In this document: positions 9,554 to 19,396 of the stretch, one piece after another
How the letters are laid out: each line of letters starts with the position of its first letter
Numbering within the stretch: the first letter of the stretch is position 1
Assembly (NCBI GenBank): GCA_008690995.1
Contig: VRMN01000015.1
Span: 297,019-317,018, forward strand
Source of the DNA: Porphyridium purpureum
Lineage: Eukaryota
Direction: 5' to 3'
Length of the DNA stretch: 20,000 bases
Translations under genes and position numbers: made by a program
The notes under the pieces: model-generated
Told to the model about the DNA's origin: nothing
The model's database searches: none
The model's input: only the letters and a program-made list of their open reading frames with translations

Positions 9554-12500
9554 ATGGAGGTGGAGGTGGCCGCAGTGCTGCTGCACTATGCTAGCAAGCA
9601 TGGGCGGACCGATCTGATTCGGGAGGCGCTGGCGAACGGCGCGCATGTCGATGTGCAGATCGATGCGTCGATCCGGTATGAGATCACGGTGGAGGAGGAC
9701 GGCGACGACGCGCAGGACGGGGCGGGCGCCGCGGGACGGGCTGGGCAGGCAGCTGTTGCGCACGCGGATGTGAGGGAGTATCCGGATGATGGCGTGCAGC
9801 GGATGGAGGCGCCGCTGCATGCGGCGGTCAGGTACGACGCGCTGGACTCGGTGCGCGCGCTGCTCGCCGCCGGCGCGAGTTGCGAAGTCACAAACTTTCA
9901 GGACATGACGCCTATTCAGCTCGCGCAGAACACCCACCTGTACGGTAGCGCCTCGTCGAACAGGGCGCGCGTGCTGACCGCATTCGTCGCCGAGCTGTGC
10001 CAGTCGGCCGGCATGGGCAAGACAGACAGGATCCAGCAGCTGTTGCGCGCGGGGCTGTCTCTGGACAGCGTCGACGGCGAGGATACGCGCAACTCGGCGT
10101 TGCACTGGGCAGCCACATTTGGCTCCATCGAGGCCACCGCTCTGCTCGTGCAGATGGGCGCCCCCGTCAACATGCGAAACGCAGAGGGCGTCACGGCGCT
10201 GATGGACGCAGCACGGTGCGGCCACGAAGAGGTTGTCCGCCTGTTGCTTGAGAACGCCGCAGATCCGACGGTGATGGCCAAAAGCGGCTCCGGCGCCGGC
10301 AAGTCTGCCGCAGACATGGCGTCAAGTACTGAAATTCGTAGTCTGATAGCCCAGTATGAGAGTGCACGGACGCCGGCCCGGCAGCATGGCCAGCCAGCTC
10401 ACCCGCAGGGAACAAGTCAGCACCAAGCGCAACACAATCTGGATCTAGCGGGTGCCCGCGCGGTCAAGGCGGTCGTTTCAGCGTCCTCTCCTGCTCGAAC
10501 TAGTCAAAACACCCCGCCCGCGCACACCGCTTCTTCGAGCAATGGACTGGCTTCCGTTGCAAAAAGCAGTGCAGGCGAAACACATCAAAAGCCTGTGGAT
10601 GCTCAGGCTTCTGTGGACACCGCCGGCTCCAAACCTGAAATCGCAGAACCGGTCGGAATTTTTGCGTCGTTGGCCAACCGCATGCGAAAAAGACAGTCGA
10701 AATCCTATTCGTCTGTTCCGCCGCAAGCTGGATCACCTTCACAATCTCAGCCAGTGCCTGAGCCAGAGCCAGAGCCGGAGCCGGAGCCAAAACCGGTGCC
10801 GCATGTGGGAGCCTCGAGCCAGCAAGAAGAAAAGGAACCGCATGCACCTCAGGGTGCCGGTGTGACGCCCACCCACGCTCCTGTGCCCACTGCCACCTTG
10901 CCTGATCCGGTGATGCAGTCACCAAACGGTCGACCGGCGGGACCCGCGCAAACTCCCCAGAGAATACCCGAGTGGGCGCAATTACTGTGGCCGCGGCCGC
11001 GGCGGATTTTGGATAAGAGTGAGCGTTGCGCGCGTGGTTTTGCGGTTCCTACAGTGCTCTGTATTGACACTGGGGCAAGCCCGGCCGCACGCAGCGAGGC
11101 GCGCAAGTGGATTGCGCGATGCGCCGCCAAGAAAGCAGCCGATATAGCGCCGCACCTCCCTGATATGCGCCTTTGTTCGGACAGAGGTACATCGCAAGGT
11201 ATTATTCGAGTGCGCATTGTGCCGAACGCGTTCCAGGTACGCTCCGAAGCGTACAGCATCCAGGTCCGGCCGGAAGCAGCCCATGGCGAGATAGGAACGG
11301 GCAGTATATCCATCTGCGCGTCCGATGAGCGAGGTTTGTTTTATGCATTTTGCGTGGTCGAACAGTGCATGGCTTTTTGCGCAGAGTTTTCGCCTGGGGT
11401 CGTTTCGCAAGAGGGGACGCTGGATGGGTCGCGGCCGCTATTTATTCCTGCCGTTCTGATCACAGACTGGCCGCTCTTCCCCACGCGTGGCATTGTGATG
11501 GACCTGAGGACCGGCCGCGTTCCAGCCATTCAGACACTGAAAAGTTACGCAGAAATTTTGTCGCGGATGCGGATCAACACGCTGTATCTTTTCATTCGGG
11601 ACGAATCGGTTGACGGAAGAGCGTGGACTTGCGACACTGCTGATGTTGAAGAAGAAGAAGGAGCGGCTTTAACGGTCGATGAGCTGGCTGAGCTGGACGC
11701 ATTTTGTGCGGGCTCGCACATTGAACTCATTATCAGCCTCGACCTGCTGGGACGAGGACCAAAACATGCGAGCACGCATGCCGGGGCCCGTCACAAATTG
11801 AGTTATGATCTCAGTGACGTGCTCGCACGTGAGGAAGCAGCGATGTACGCGGCAAATGGTTTGAAGGATCTGGACTTGTCAAGAGACCTATCCGGAGACC
11901 ACTGGCGTCGCTTGCACGCCGCGCTTGCGAAAGCTTCGCAGTACGTCCTTTCCGACTCATTGGCGGTTGGGATGGGTATGCACGCGTCGGGCGCCGCCCA
12001 GGGCGCAGTTATGGCACTTGATGCGGTGCAAATGCTGCTGGTTGATTCTAAGCGTGTCCAGTTTTGGTCAAACGCGTTCAGAGAAAGCACGCACGCGCAA
12101 GCGCCGGAGCGGCTTTTCACCGCGGGCGATGGTCATTGCGTGGCGATGGAGTATTTCGACTCGCATGTGGATGAGAGGGTCATCCGGGCTCGCGCGGTAG
12201 CCCTGCAAGACGCCGGTGTGCCCTTTATGCTATGCCCGAGCGCTGCGACCCTCAACTCGTTTGCCGGCTCCATAAAGGAGGCTTCGAGGCTCATACGTAT
12301 GGCCTGTACACTGGGCGCGGCACACGACGCGAGCGGCGTGGTTCTGACCGACCTGGCGGGCATTGGCCCGCTGCAACCGATGATCGCGTCGTGGCCAGCG
12401 TACACCGCTTTTGCCGGCTCGGCATGGGGCGCACAGTCGAGTCTCGACCTCGACTCGGGAGACGGCATGGAGCTTCTGGCACGGCTGCTCGACGTTCATG

Positions 12501-13105
12501 TGTTTGGAGATGGCGACCAGGGCGGTCAGCTGGGCGCCGTGCTGACCATGTTCGGTGAGTTCAATGCGCTTTGCATAAAGTCCGGCACAAGCTTACGCGT
12601 GAATGGCGAGCAGCGCGCCGAGTGGAGCCGCACGGCCATGTTTGAGCTAGTAATGTGCTCAAACCGAGCGGCGCAAAATGGCTCCGAAGGCGCAGGACTC
12701 ATTGCGTGCTTTGATGAATCTGGGTTACGCCGGTGCTCGCGCCGCGTGGAAAAGGCGCTCGAGGTGCTCAGCACTTACCAGGGTAGCGCGTCGACATGCG
12801 AGTTGACGGAAATCCAGCTGATTGGCGAGTACCTGCGCGTTGCAACCCGCATGGCGCTTCTGCTCGGTCGGCCGCCCGGTGCGGACGCAAACATCTCCCA
12901 GTCGACGCGATCTGATCTAGTGAACCGAATCATCAAGTGCATCGGTCTGCTGCGCAGAACATGCGAGCTGCAATGTAAGCTTGGCTCTGGCTTCCGCGCC
13001 GCGGTGAAGTATCTCGAGTGCGCGTTGTACGCGTTGTCGCAGGATCAAAAATACATGTGCGAATTCATCGAGGAATGCAAGCGCAGGAACTGGTTGTTTG
13101 AATAG
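9554..13105 (+). CDS. Ankyrin-repeat protein fused to a GH20 beta-N-acetylhexosaminidase-like domain 2 and TIM barrel (likely inactive)
   Basis: ORF 9482..13105, first in-frame ATG at 9554. Ankyrin motifs are LLHYASKHG, PLHAAVRYD, SALHWAATFG and GVTALMDAARCGH. A Pro/Ser/Gln linker contains a PEPEPEPEPEP run. GH20b-like motifs are LWPRPRRI, EAYSIQV, ICASDERGLFYA and ITDWP. GH20 barrel motifs are RGIVMDLRTGRVP...LSRMRINTLYLF, LTVDELAELDAFC...IELI, FMLCP...NSFAG and GVVLTD. Confidence 0.85.
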   Translation: MEVEVAAVLLHYASKHGRTDLIREALANGAHVDVQIDASIRYEITVEEDGDDAQDGAGAAGRAGQAAVAHADVREYPDDGVQRMEAPLHAAVRYDALDSVRALLAAGASCEVTNFQDMTPIQLAQNTHLYGSASSNRARVLTAFVAELCQSAGMGKTDRIQQLLRAGLSLDSVDGEDTRNSALHWAATFGSIEATALLVQMGAPVNMRNAEGVTALMDAARCGHEEVVRLLLENAADPTVMAKSGSGAGKSAADMASSTEIRSLIAQYESARTPARQHGQPAHPQGTSQHQAQHNLDLAGARAVKAVVSASSPARTSQNTPPAHTASSSNGLASVAKSSAGETHQKPVDAQASVDTAGSKPEIAEPVGIFASLANRMRKRQSKSYSSVPPQAGSPSQSQPVPEPEPEPEPEPKPVPHVGASSQQEEKEPHAPQGAGVTPTHAPVPTATLPDPVMQSPNGRPAGPAQTPQRIPEWAQLLWPRPRRILDKSERCARGFAVPTVLCIDTGASPAARSEARKWIARCAAKKAADIAPHLPDMRLCSDRGTSQGIIRVRIVPNAFQVRSEAYSIQVRPEAAHGEIGTGSISICASDERGLFYAFCVVEQCMAFCAEFSPGVVSQEGTLDGSRPLFIPAVLITDWPLFPTRGIVMDLRTGRVPAIQTLKSYAEILSRMRINTLYLFIRDESVDGRAWTCDTADVEEEEGAALTVDELAELDAFCAGSHIELIISLDLLGRGPKHASTHAGARHKLSYDLSDVLAREEAAMYAANGLKDLDLSRDLSGDHWRRLHAALAKASQYVLSDSLAVGMGMHASGAAQGAVMALDAVQMLLVDSKRVQFWSNAFRESTHAQAPERLFTAGDGHCVAMEYFDSHVDERVIRARAVALQDAGVPFMLCPSAATLNSFAGSIKEASRLIRMACTLGAAHDASGVVLTDLAGIGPLQPMIASWPAYTAFAGSAWGAQSSLDLDSGDGMELLARLLDVHVFGDGDQGGQLGAVLTMFGEFNALCIKSGTSLRVNGEQRAEWSRTAMFELVMCSNRAAQNGSEGAGLIACFDESGLRRCSRRVEKALEVLSTYQGSASTCELTEIQLIGEYLRVATRMALLLGRPPGADANISQSTRSDLVNRIIKCIGLLRRTCELQCKLGSGFRAAVKYLECALYALSQDQKYMCEFIEECKRRNWLFE

Positions 13106-14338
13106 ATCCGAAGCGGATGGGGTCGGTTTCTCGCGGTGCGGGACTTGTGGAGAGGGAAGCTTGGCTCGAAGTGTAGAAACGCCAAAGCACAGGGGTAAAC
13201 CCCGTGAAAAGTCTTGCCCAAAAAAAAGCCACCCCCGGAACATGTGGTCCAAGCGAAGGATCGAGTGTTGTGGTCATTGAATAAGGAAAGCGTGCCTGTG
13301 GGCATTTACGTTTTCACTCCACTCGGGGCATGCTTTGACATGAAGCAATTTCTTCCGCCTTGCAGAGTTCAGGAGGACGTGTATAATTAAAAACCGGGAC
13401 CGTAGCGCCACCGTATGCGGACCCACGGGCGACACCACAGCACGCCTTCCAAATGTATAAAGCTCTGCCGATACGCGTCTTGCTGCTAGCAAATGATTGA
13501 GCCATATACCTTGCCCCAGTGCTTTTCAGCAGCGCCGTGTGCCCAAGCGAGCACTGCCGTCCCTGGTTCAGCGGGAACTCAATGTCCCGGTGTCCGGTTC
13601 CGCACGTTCTTCACCATTCATCGGAAGCGCATGTGTTTTAAGAAGATGAGAGCATCGTGCATTTGTGTCGAGACTCTGAAGCTTACGCGCACGATTCTAG
13701 GCGGGGGCTGTGTCTCACGGCAGTTTGCTGTCGTCTGAAGTTCCCGTCGCCCATGTAGAAAGCGCGTCGCATGTATTGCTGGACGCTCTCAGGGCAAGAA
13801 GGTAAGAAACGAATTGGGAAACGTGTGTGAGCGAGATTCTACAGATTGGTTCAAAGTTCGACAGAGGGCACAATCTTCTCCTCTCGCCGGGTCACCAGGA
13901 AGCCGATGACCAGACGGTCCTCGGCCTCGTAGCTTCACTCCCATGTCCTAGAAGGTATCTTCCAAGGCGCACTGCCGAGTGTGTTGCGACAGTTTCTGGA
14001 CTGCCTGCATCTGCCCGCTGCCGCGCTTGGCCGTTTCCAAGGAAATGCTGAACGTTGCGCTGGGCGCTCGCCGCCAAAGTGGAGCACTGTTGAGCAAAGC
14101 ACAGAAGGGCTGACGAGGAGCTCGTCGGTGGGCGGCTGTGCCTTTCTTCCAAGGCAAGAAGCTGGATGCGTGCGCTCGAGTAGCATTTTCGTTCTCCTTG
14201 CGCGCTGAAAAGTCCAACGTGGAGCGGTGATAGCACGCGTCAGCGTGCGAGCGCCCGATACTCCGTGCAGTCCACCACCAAGTGGATGGTACGCGTGCGC
14301 ATCCCCAGCGGCCGGTCCGATGAGGAAAGACAGAGAAA

Positions 14339-14370
<32 letters not shown>

Positions 14371-14374
14371 GTGC
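14339..14374. repeat. (GT)n microsatellite
   Basis: 13 perfect GT units at 14339-14364, followed by GCGTGTGTGC. Confidence 0.95.
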
Positions 14375-15127
14375 GGGTGCTTCAAATCTCATCTCGTGCA
14401 CTCGTCGCTGCGCCTTACGCAGCTTTGAGGAGTTTCGTGACGCTAACGTTTCCCAAGTCTCGACCGTGCTTCACCGCGCGAGTACACAACCATGGAGAGA
14501 ATGGACGGCCGTTTTTGCATGTGCGGAAGAACCGGACGATCATCGTCTGCCACACCACGAGAGTTGTCCCCAACGATACCGCTCCATTCACAGAATGGCG
14601 ATGGCGGGAAGGCATAAAACGGTGATGACAATGGGCCGCCATCTGTGTCAAAGCACGGAGGCAACAGACACAGACGCCTGTGGCACATGTGCGCCATACC
14701 CCGAACCACACCGAACCGACTGGTCTGTCAGATCGGCGCGAGCCGTTAATCCGAATAACCGCGAGACCGCTAGACCGTTTGTTGCGCCATCCATCTGCGC
14801 CGCCTATTCCACGGCATCACCACCGAGCCCAAGTGGCGCGCGCCCACTTCTGCATCGCAACGCGCGCGGATTTCCTCTTGAACCGAAGTGGCGCGCGCCG
14901 GAGTGGCCCGGGTCGTTTCCGCTCGGCGGATAACGAAGACGCGTGCGCAACAACGTGCGGCCATGCTCACATGCGCGCGTTGCGTCACCAGATGCCGCCA
15001 AGGCCTCCAGCGTTACAGTTGGTGTCTTTGCTCTTTCCTCTCTTCTATTGCAACACCCCCCTCCAAGCACTCGCTCTTCCCACCATTGTTGTTACCACGT
15101 GAAGTGGAGGAGCGCGAGGATTCCAAG

Positions 15128-15879
15128 TGGACACCAAAAAGCACGTCGCGCGGACACCAGCTGCTCTGCGTCGATGGCTGTGGCCTCACTATCCAAAACA
15201 CACCACACCACAACACCTTGCCACGATCCACAAAAAAACTCACCCCCACAAACGCACACGCGCGGATAGAAACTACGAGCAACGGTGGTCGAAAGGGGGG
15301 CTGGTGTCCAACGGAAGTGGACACGCATCTGTGTGCGGAACCCGATCCAGCGCCCCCGTTTTGTCATAGGACGCACCAACCGACGCGTGTCCAGCAAGCC
15401 ACACACACACACATACACACATAGCGCCCATACATGCACTGACTGCGTGCGTGGTGTCCAGCGTGCGGAATAGCAACCACTCATCACTGACTCACCGCCT
15501 CACCCAGTAACTGTACCCCCCACAAACCGTGTCGCTTTGTTATGACCTGTTGGTCGCCCGTGTTGGTGTTGTCTGGCGTGTGTGTGTGGGGGTGGTGTCC
15601 AACGGTACTGGACACGCGTCTGGATCCGGTGGACTGCGTGTAAATGCGGTGAGGGAGAGAGAGACACCCACGCATACAAGCTCTCCTTCACACGGACACG
15701 GACACGCACACGCACACGCACGCGTATGTGTGTGTGTGTGTGTGGGGAGGGGGGGTGTTTTACTGGGAGCGTGGTCGATACACACGGTCACTCACGCACA
15801 AAAAGGAAGCACGCAGCCGCGTTTATCCAGCGTGTGTGTGTGGTGTGGGGTGTGGGGTGTGGGGTGTTTTACTGGACAC
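15128..15879. promoter_or_regulatory. Cluster of TGGACAC/GTGTCCA motifs including two GTGTCCA-N7-TGGACAC dyads
   Basis: The 7-mer occurs at 15128, 15304, 15318, 15387, 15454, 15595, 15609 and 15873. CGGACAC variants occur at 15151, 15693 and 15699. All lie upstream of the C2H2 gene. The regulatory role is inferred. Confidence 0.6.
15691..15743. repeat. Compound microsatellite (CACGGA/CACGCA)n followed by (TG)n
   Basis: Read directly: CACGGACACGGACACGCACACGCACACGCACGCGTATGTGTGTGTGTGTGTGT. Confidence 0.9.
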
Positions 15880-16092
15880 GCACCAGAGGGTATGAAACAG
15901 GAGAAGAAGGAGAAGCAACAGAAGGAGAAGGAAGAGGCGGCAGAGGATCAAGAGGGGGTGGGGTGTGGACGTGAAGGAAGTGGATCACAGCGTCGTTCAG
16001 GGAGAGGTTGAGCTCTGGTTTTTGGTTCTGCTGCTGGTGCTGGTGCTGGTGGTTTGCACAGTGGGGAAGACGTGGGTGTCTGGTGGGAAGCA

Positions 16093-17100
16093 ATGGAGGT
16101 CGCGCTGAGGGCTTCGCTGGGAGTGCGCACGGCGCAGGGGTGTGACGTGCTGGGAATCGAGCCCGGCTCCGGCGGCCTGGTGCGCTGCGACTCGGACGCC
16201 GCATTCGGGCTGCTGGATCTCAAGAGGAAAGGCAGCCACAGCAGCGCGGCGTCGGGGTCCACGACCAGCGTTGACGACTCGCCCGGCAGCCGCGGGCTCG
16301 ACACAGACGCGAGCACGTACGCGCCGGCGCCGCCAGCGAGGCTCGTGACGCCGCAGCATGTGGCCCGCGCGCGCCCGCCAGCCGCGTCCCATGCGATGAT
16401 GACGATGATGGATCGAGCGCCGACGCAGCCGCCTGCGTCGTCAGCAAGCACGCACGAGTGGGCACGCCACCCGCTCACAGTGCCCATGCCGCCAATGCAG
16501 CCTCTCAACCGCACGCTCTCATTTGCGAGCGGAGTGAGCTCGGGAGCCATCCAGTCGCCAGGACGCGCCGAGTGGAACTCGTTCGGCTCGCTGGGATCGC
16601 TAGGGTCACTGGGCTCGCTCAGCTCGCCAAGCTTCTCGTACATGACGCTCGAGCAGCACGCCGCCACAGCATCCGTGCCCCCGTCAATCGAGCCGGAAGA
16701 CGCGAAGGAGCGCTCGCTCCCGGTGTCTTCCAACGGAAGGGTGCGCCGAATCGACGTGATCCAAGACGACGAAGGACGCTTTGTGTGCACCATCTGCCAG
16801 GTGGCCAAGTTTTCGCACAAGTCAAATTTGTACAAGCACGTGCGGCACGTGCACAACAACGAGCGCAAGTTTGAATGCAACCAGTGCTCGCAAAAGTTCT
16901 CACAACGCTCCACCCTTCTGAAGCACATGGGAACCGTGCACTTCAAGGCAATCAGCAAGAGCACCGGGCCGCAATCAAGTCACAAGCATGGAATGTCTCA
17001 AGCACTGCTTCAGTCTCATGGCGGTAGCTCGTCGCCAGGCGCGGCTGCCTCACCTGGTGCCGCGCCAACCTGTCGGCCGGCTGCGCCTGTTCTCATTTAA
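16093..17100 (+). CDS. C2H2 zinc-finger transcription factor (two fingers)
   Basis: ORF 16054..17100, first in-frame ATG at 16093. The fingers FVCTICQVAKFSHKSNLYKHVRHVH and FECNQCSQKFSQRSTLLKHMGTVH are joined by an NNERK linker. The N-terminus is Ser/Pro-rich and disordered, with a (GSL)4 repeat. Confidence 0.9.
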   Translation: MEVALRASLGVRTAQGCDVLGIEPGSGGLVRCDSDAAFGLLDLKRKGSHSSAASGSTTSVDDSPGSRGLDTDASTYAPAPPARLVTPQHVARARPPAASHAMMTMMDRAPTQPPASSASTHEWARHPLTVPMPPMQPLNRTLSFASGVSSGAIQSPGRAEWNSFGSLGSLGSLGSLSSPSFSYMTLEQHAATASVPPSIEPEDAKERSLPVSSNGRVRRIDVIQDDEGRFVCTICQVAKFSHKSNLYKHVRHVHNNERKFECNQCSQKFSQRSTLLKHMGTVHFKAISKSTGPQSSHKHGMSQALLQSHGGSSSPGAAASPGAAPTCRPAAPVLI

Positions 17101-17664
17101 CGTTGTACTGACAGACATCAAGCCGAGTTGCGGCCACTGTCTTTTATGACGCGGCGAGGCTTGTGTATATATGTAGAAGCAAAGGAAAAGGGCCCCTTGG
17201 AGTTCCGCTTGGCGGCTTGGAGAACACATGTTGCTTGTCAATTTTAACGCTTCTTGAATACAAACGTGTTGCATGGTTCATCAAACCTGTATTCCCCTGG
17301 CGCAACCGAATCGCGTGCGGCGACGGCGGCTCGACGCAGCAGCGAGCACACCCACGCAGACCCGTTGCTGCGCCACAGCCGCGCGCGCGCACGCGGCAGC
17401 GCGTGCCGCCGCCACGACAAGCGCCCGCCCTTTCCAACGCCCGCACATGCCACTGTACGCTGTGTTCTGTGGTGGGAGATTGTACGTGCGCGCGTTCTAG
17501 TAAAAGCGGGTGTTTTTGTGATTTTGGCGGGCGAGATTGGCACACGTGACGCGGTGGCGCGCGCGCAGTGCGACTCGAAAGACGCACCGGAGGCGGCGAG
17601 AGAGAGAGAGAGCGGCGGCGCGTGTAGTGGTGGCAGAGCAGGAGGGGCGAGAACAGCGGGAACA

Positions 17665-18453
17665 ATGGCGGCCGCGTTTGTGAATGGCTGGAGTGCGGCG
17701 GCGGGCCGCCGCGCGTGCGCACAGAAGAAGCACGTCTGTACCATGGCCAAGGTGGACGTGCCGGCGCCCAAGAGCGGCGACTGCATGGTTTCGCCGTCGA
17801 TCCTGTCGGCCAACTTTGCGCGGCTGGGCGAGGAGGTGCTGGCCATTGAGAAGGCCGGCTGCGACTGGGTGCACGTGGACGTCATGGACGGCCGCTTCGT
17901 GCCAAACATCACCATCGGCCCGCTGGTCGTCGACGCGATTCGGCCCATCACCAAGCTTCCGCTCGACGTCCACCTCATGATCGTCGAGCCCGAACAGCGC
18001 GTCGCAGACTTTGCAAAGGCCGGCGCAGATATTATTTCGGTGCACTGCGAGGGCGCCTCCACCATCCATCTCCACCGCACGCTGTGCCAGATCAAGGATC
18101 TCGGATGCAAGGCCGGCGTCGTGCTGAACCCAGGCACGCCGCTGTCAGCCATCGAGTACGTGCTCCAAGAGGTCGACCTGGTGCTGCTCATGACCGTCAA
18201 TCCGGGCTTTGGCGGCGCGACGTTTATCGACGCCGTCGTGCCAAAGATCAAGGCGCTGCGTGAGATGTGCGACGCGCGCGGGCTGAATCCGTGGATCGAA
18301 ATCGACGGCGGTGTCAAGGGCAGCAATGCTTACATCGTCAAGGACGCCGGAGCTAATGCCATTGTCGCCGGGTCGGCTGTGTTTGGTGCGCCAGACTACG
18401 CGCAGGCCATCAAGGATATCCGTGAGAGCGCCAAGCCAAAGTCGTTGGTCTGA
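17665..18453 (+). CDS. RPE: Ribulose-phosphate 3-epimerase, plastid-targeted
   Basis: Motifs [58 protein letters not shown] and IVAGSAVF. The ATG at 17665 begins a transit-peptide-like MAAAFVNG...VCTMA. The upstream part of the track ORF (17254-17664) is judged non-coding. Confidence 0.97.
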   Translation: MAAAFVNGWSAAAGRRACAQKKHVCTMAKVDVPAPKSGDCMVSPSILSANFARLGEEVLAIEKAGCDWVHVDVMDGRFVPNITIGPLVVDAIRPITKLPLDVHLMIVEPEQRVADFAKAGADIISVHCEGASTIHLHRTLCQIKDLGCKAGVVLNPGTPLSAIEYVLQEVDLVLLMTVNPGFGGATFIDAVVPKIKALREMCDARGLNPWIEIDGGVKGSNAYIVKDAGANAIVAGSAVFGAPDYAQAIKDIRESAKPKSLV

Positions 18454-18781
18454 GCACAATAGACGACTGGGGGGGCGTCATTTGCACAACGCCTGTCTGA
18501 CTTGCTGACCGACTGTAGTGTGGAGTAAAATCATCGGAAGCTCTGGATAGAAGCGCCACAGAAGCTCGCCGCGTGCCCAGTTTCCATGTGGGTTGTATGT
18601 AGGTGGTAAAGCTAGTTTTCGACACGTCCGAGCGCTCGATCTTGCGCCGAGTCCATGCGCTGTGTCCGGTTCCAACCTCAAGATTGATGTATACAACAAT
18701 CGCCGCAGCAGCTTTAGCAATACTTAAACTTCCGCCCCCCGTCTCCCTCTCCCTCCGCTGTTCTAGTGCGCTTCGCGCCTA

Positions 18782-19069
18782 CTACTTTTGCATCTGCTGC
18801 ATCATTTCCTGCTGCATTTCTTGCTGCTTCTCACCAAACCGCATCTGCGCGCGCTGCGAAAATTTGACAAACTTTTCTGCGCACTTGCGCACGCAAGCCT
18901 CCTCCTTACCATCCAGCGTCTTGCCGCGGAACGAGTCGACGCACTCGCCAAAACACCGGTACACGGTGTCATTGTACGTCTTGAGCGTCTCCTCCATCTC
19001 CATCTTGCGGATCATCGCCTCCTGATCCGCGCTCATCCCCATCCCGCCCATCCCTGCCATCCCAGCCAT
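18782..19069 (-). CDS. TIM9: Mitochondrial intermembrane-space small Tim chaperone Tim9
   Basis: 95 aa from ATG at 19069. Twin CX3C (CFGEC...CVRKC) in a Tim9-typical context: YNDTVYRCF.ECV.SF..K.L...EE.CV..C..KF.K.SQR...RF.E. Confidence 0.92.
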   Translation of the reverse strand: MAGMAGMGGMGMSADQEAMIRKMEMEETLKTYNDTVYRCFGECVDSFRGKTLDGKEEACVRKCAEKFVKFSQRAQMRFGEKQQEMQQEMMQQMQK

Positions 19070-19396
19070 CGCCCGTCTGCCTACACACCGTTCCCCCCCT
19101 TCGATCCTCCTGCTTCTCCGTTCGCCGGCTCCACAAAGCTCGCGGTTGCACGACGTTTCTTCGTAAAGCTGTGGAGACCTTGTCGGCAGTCGCAGGTGGG
19201 CAAGGGCACGATGTGCGGTGTGCTCGGTGAGATTTGCAAAGAGTCTTACTGGAGCCAGAGGCTCTGAGATTCTTGCTGTGCGGCTCGTGATTTTCACAGC
19301 GCTTTTTTATTTTGACATGTGCGACCCGCCGCCCAATACTGAGACTTGGGCATCGATGAGCAGTACATGTGGCTATGCGTGATTCCGCCAGTACTT

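Noticed and set aside
14860..14935. tRNA-like GC-rich segment
   Set aside because: No proper TTC T-loop, D-arm or acceptor-stem pairing could be built.
13106..15100. Numerous short ORFs in the long intergenic region
   Set aside because: They overlap in all frames, run through microsatellites and show no domain signal.
15892..16061. Upstream exon MKQEKKEK... spliced to the zinc-finger ORF through a 16007-16061 intron
   Set aside because: That GT-AG pair joins out of frame. It remains a possible uORF but is unsupported.
17254..17664. 137-aa N-terminal extension of RPE in the ORF track
   Set aside because: Non-ATG start and promoter-like CG/GA runs. ATG 17665 gives a typical transit peptide.
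17244..18326. Long antisense ORFs (also 15948..16964, 9443..10225, 3662..4537)
   Set aside because: These are shadows of GC-rich coding sequence on the opposite strand, with no recognisable motifs.
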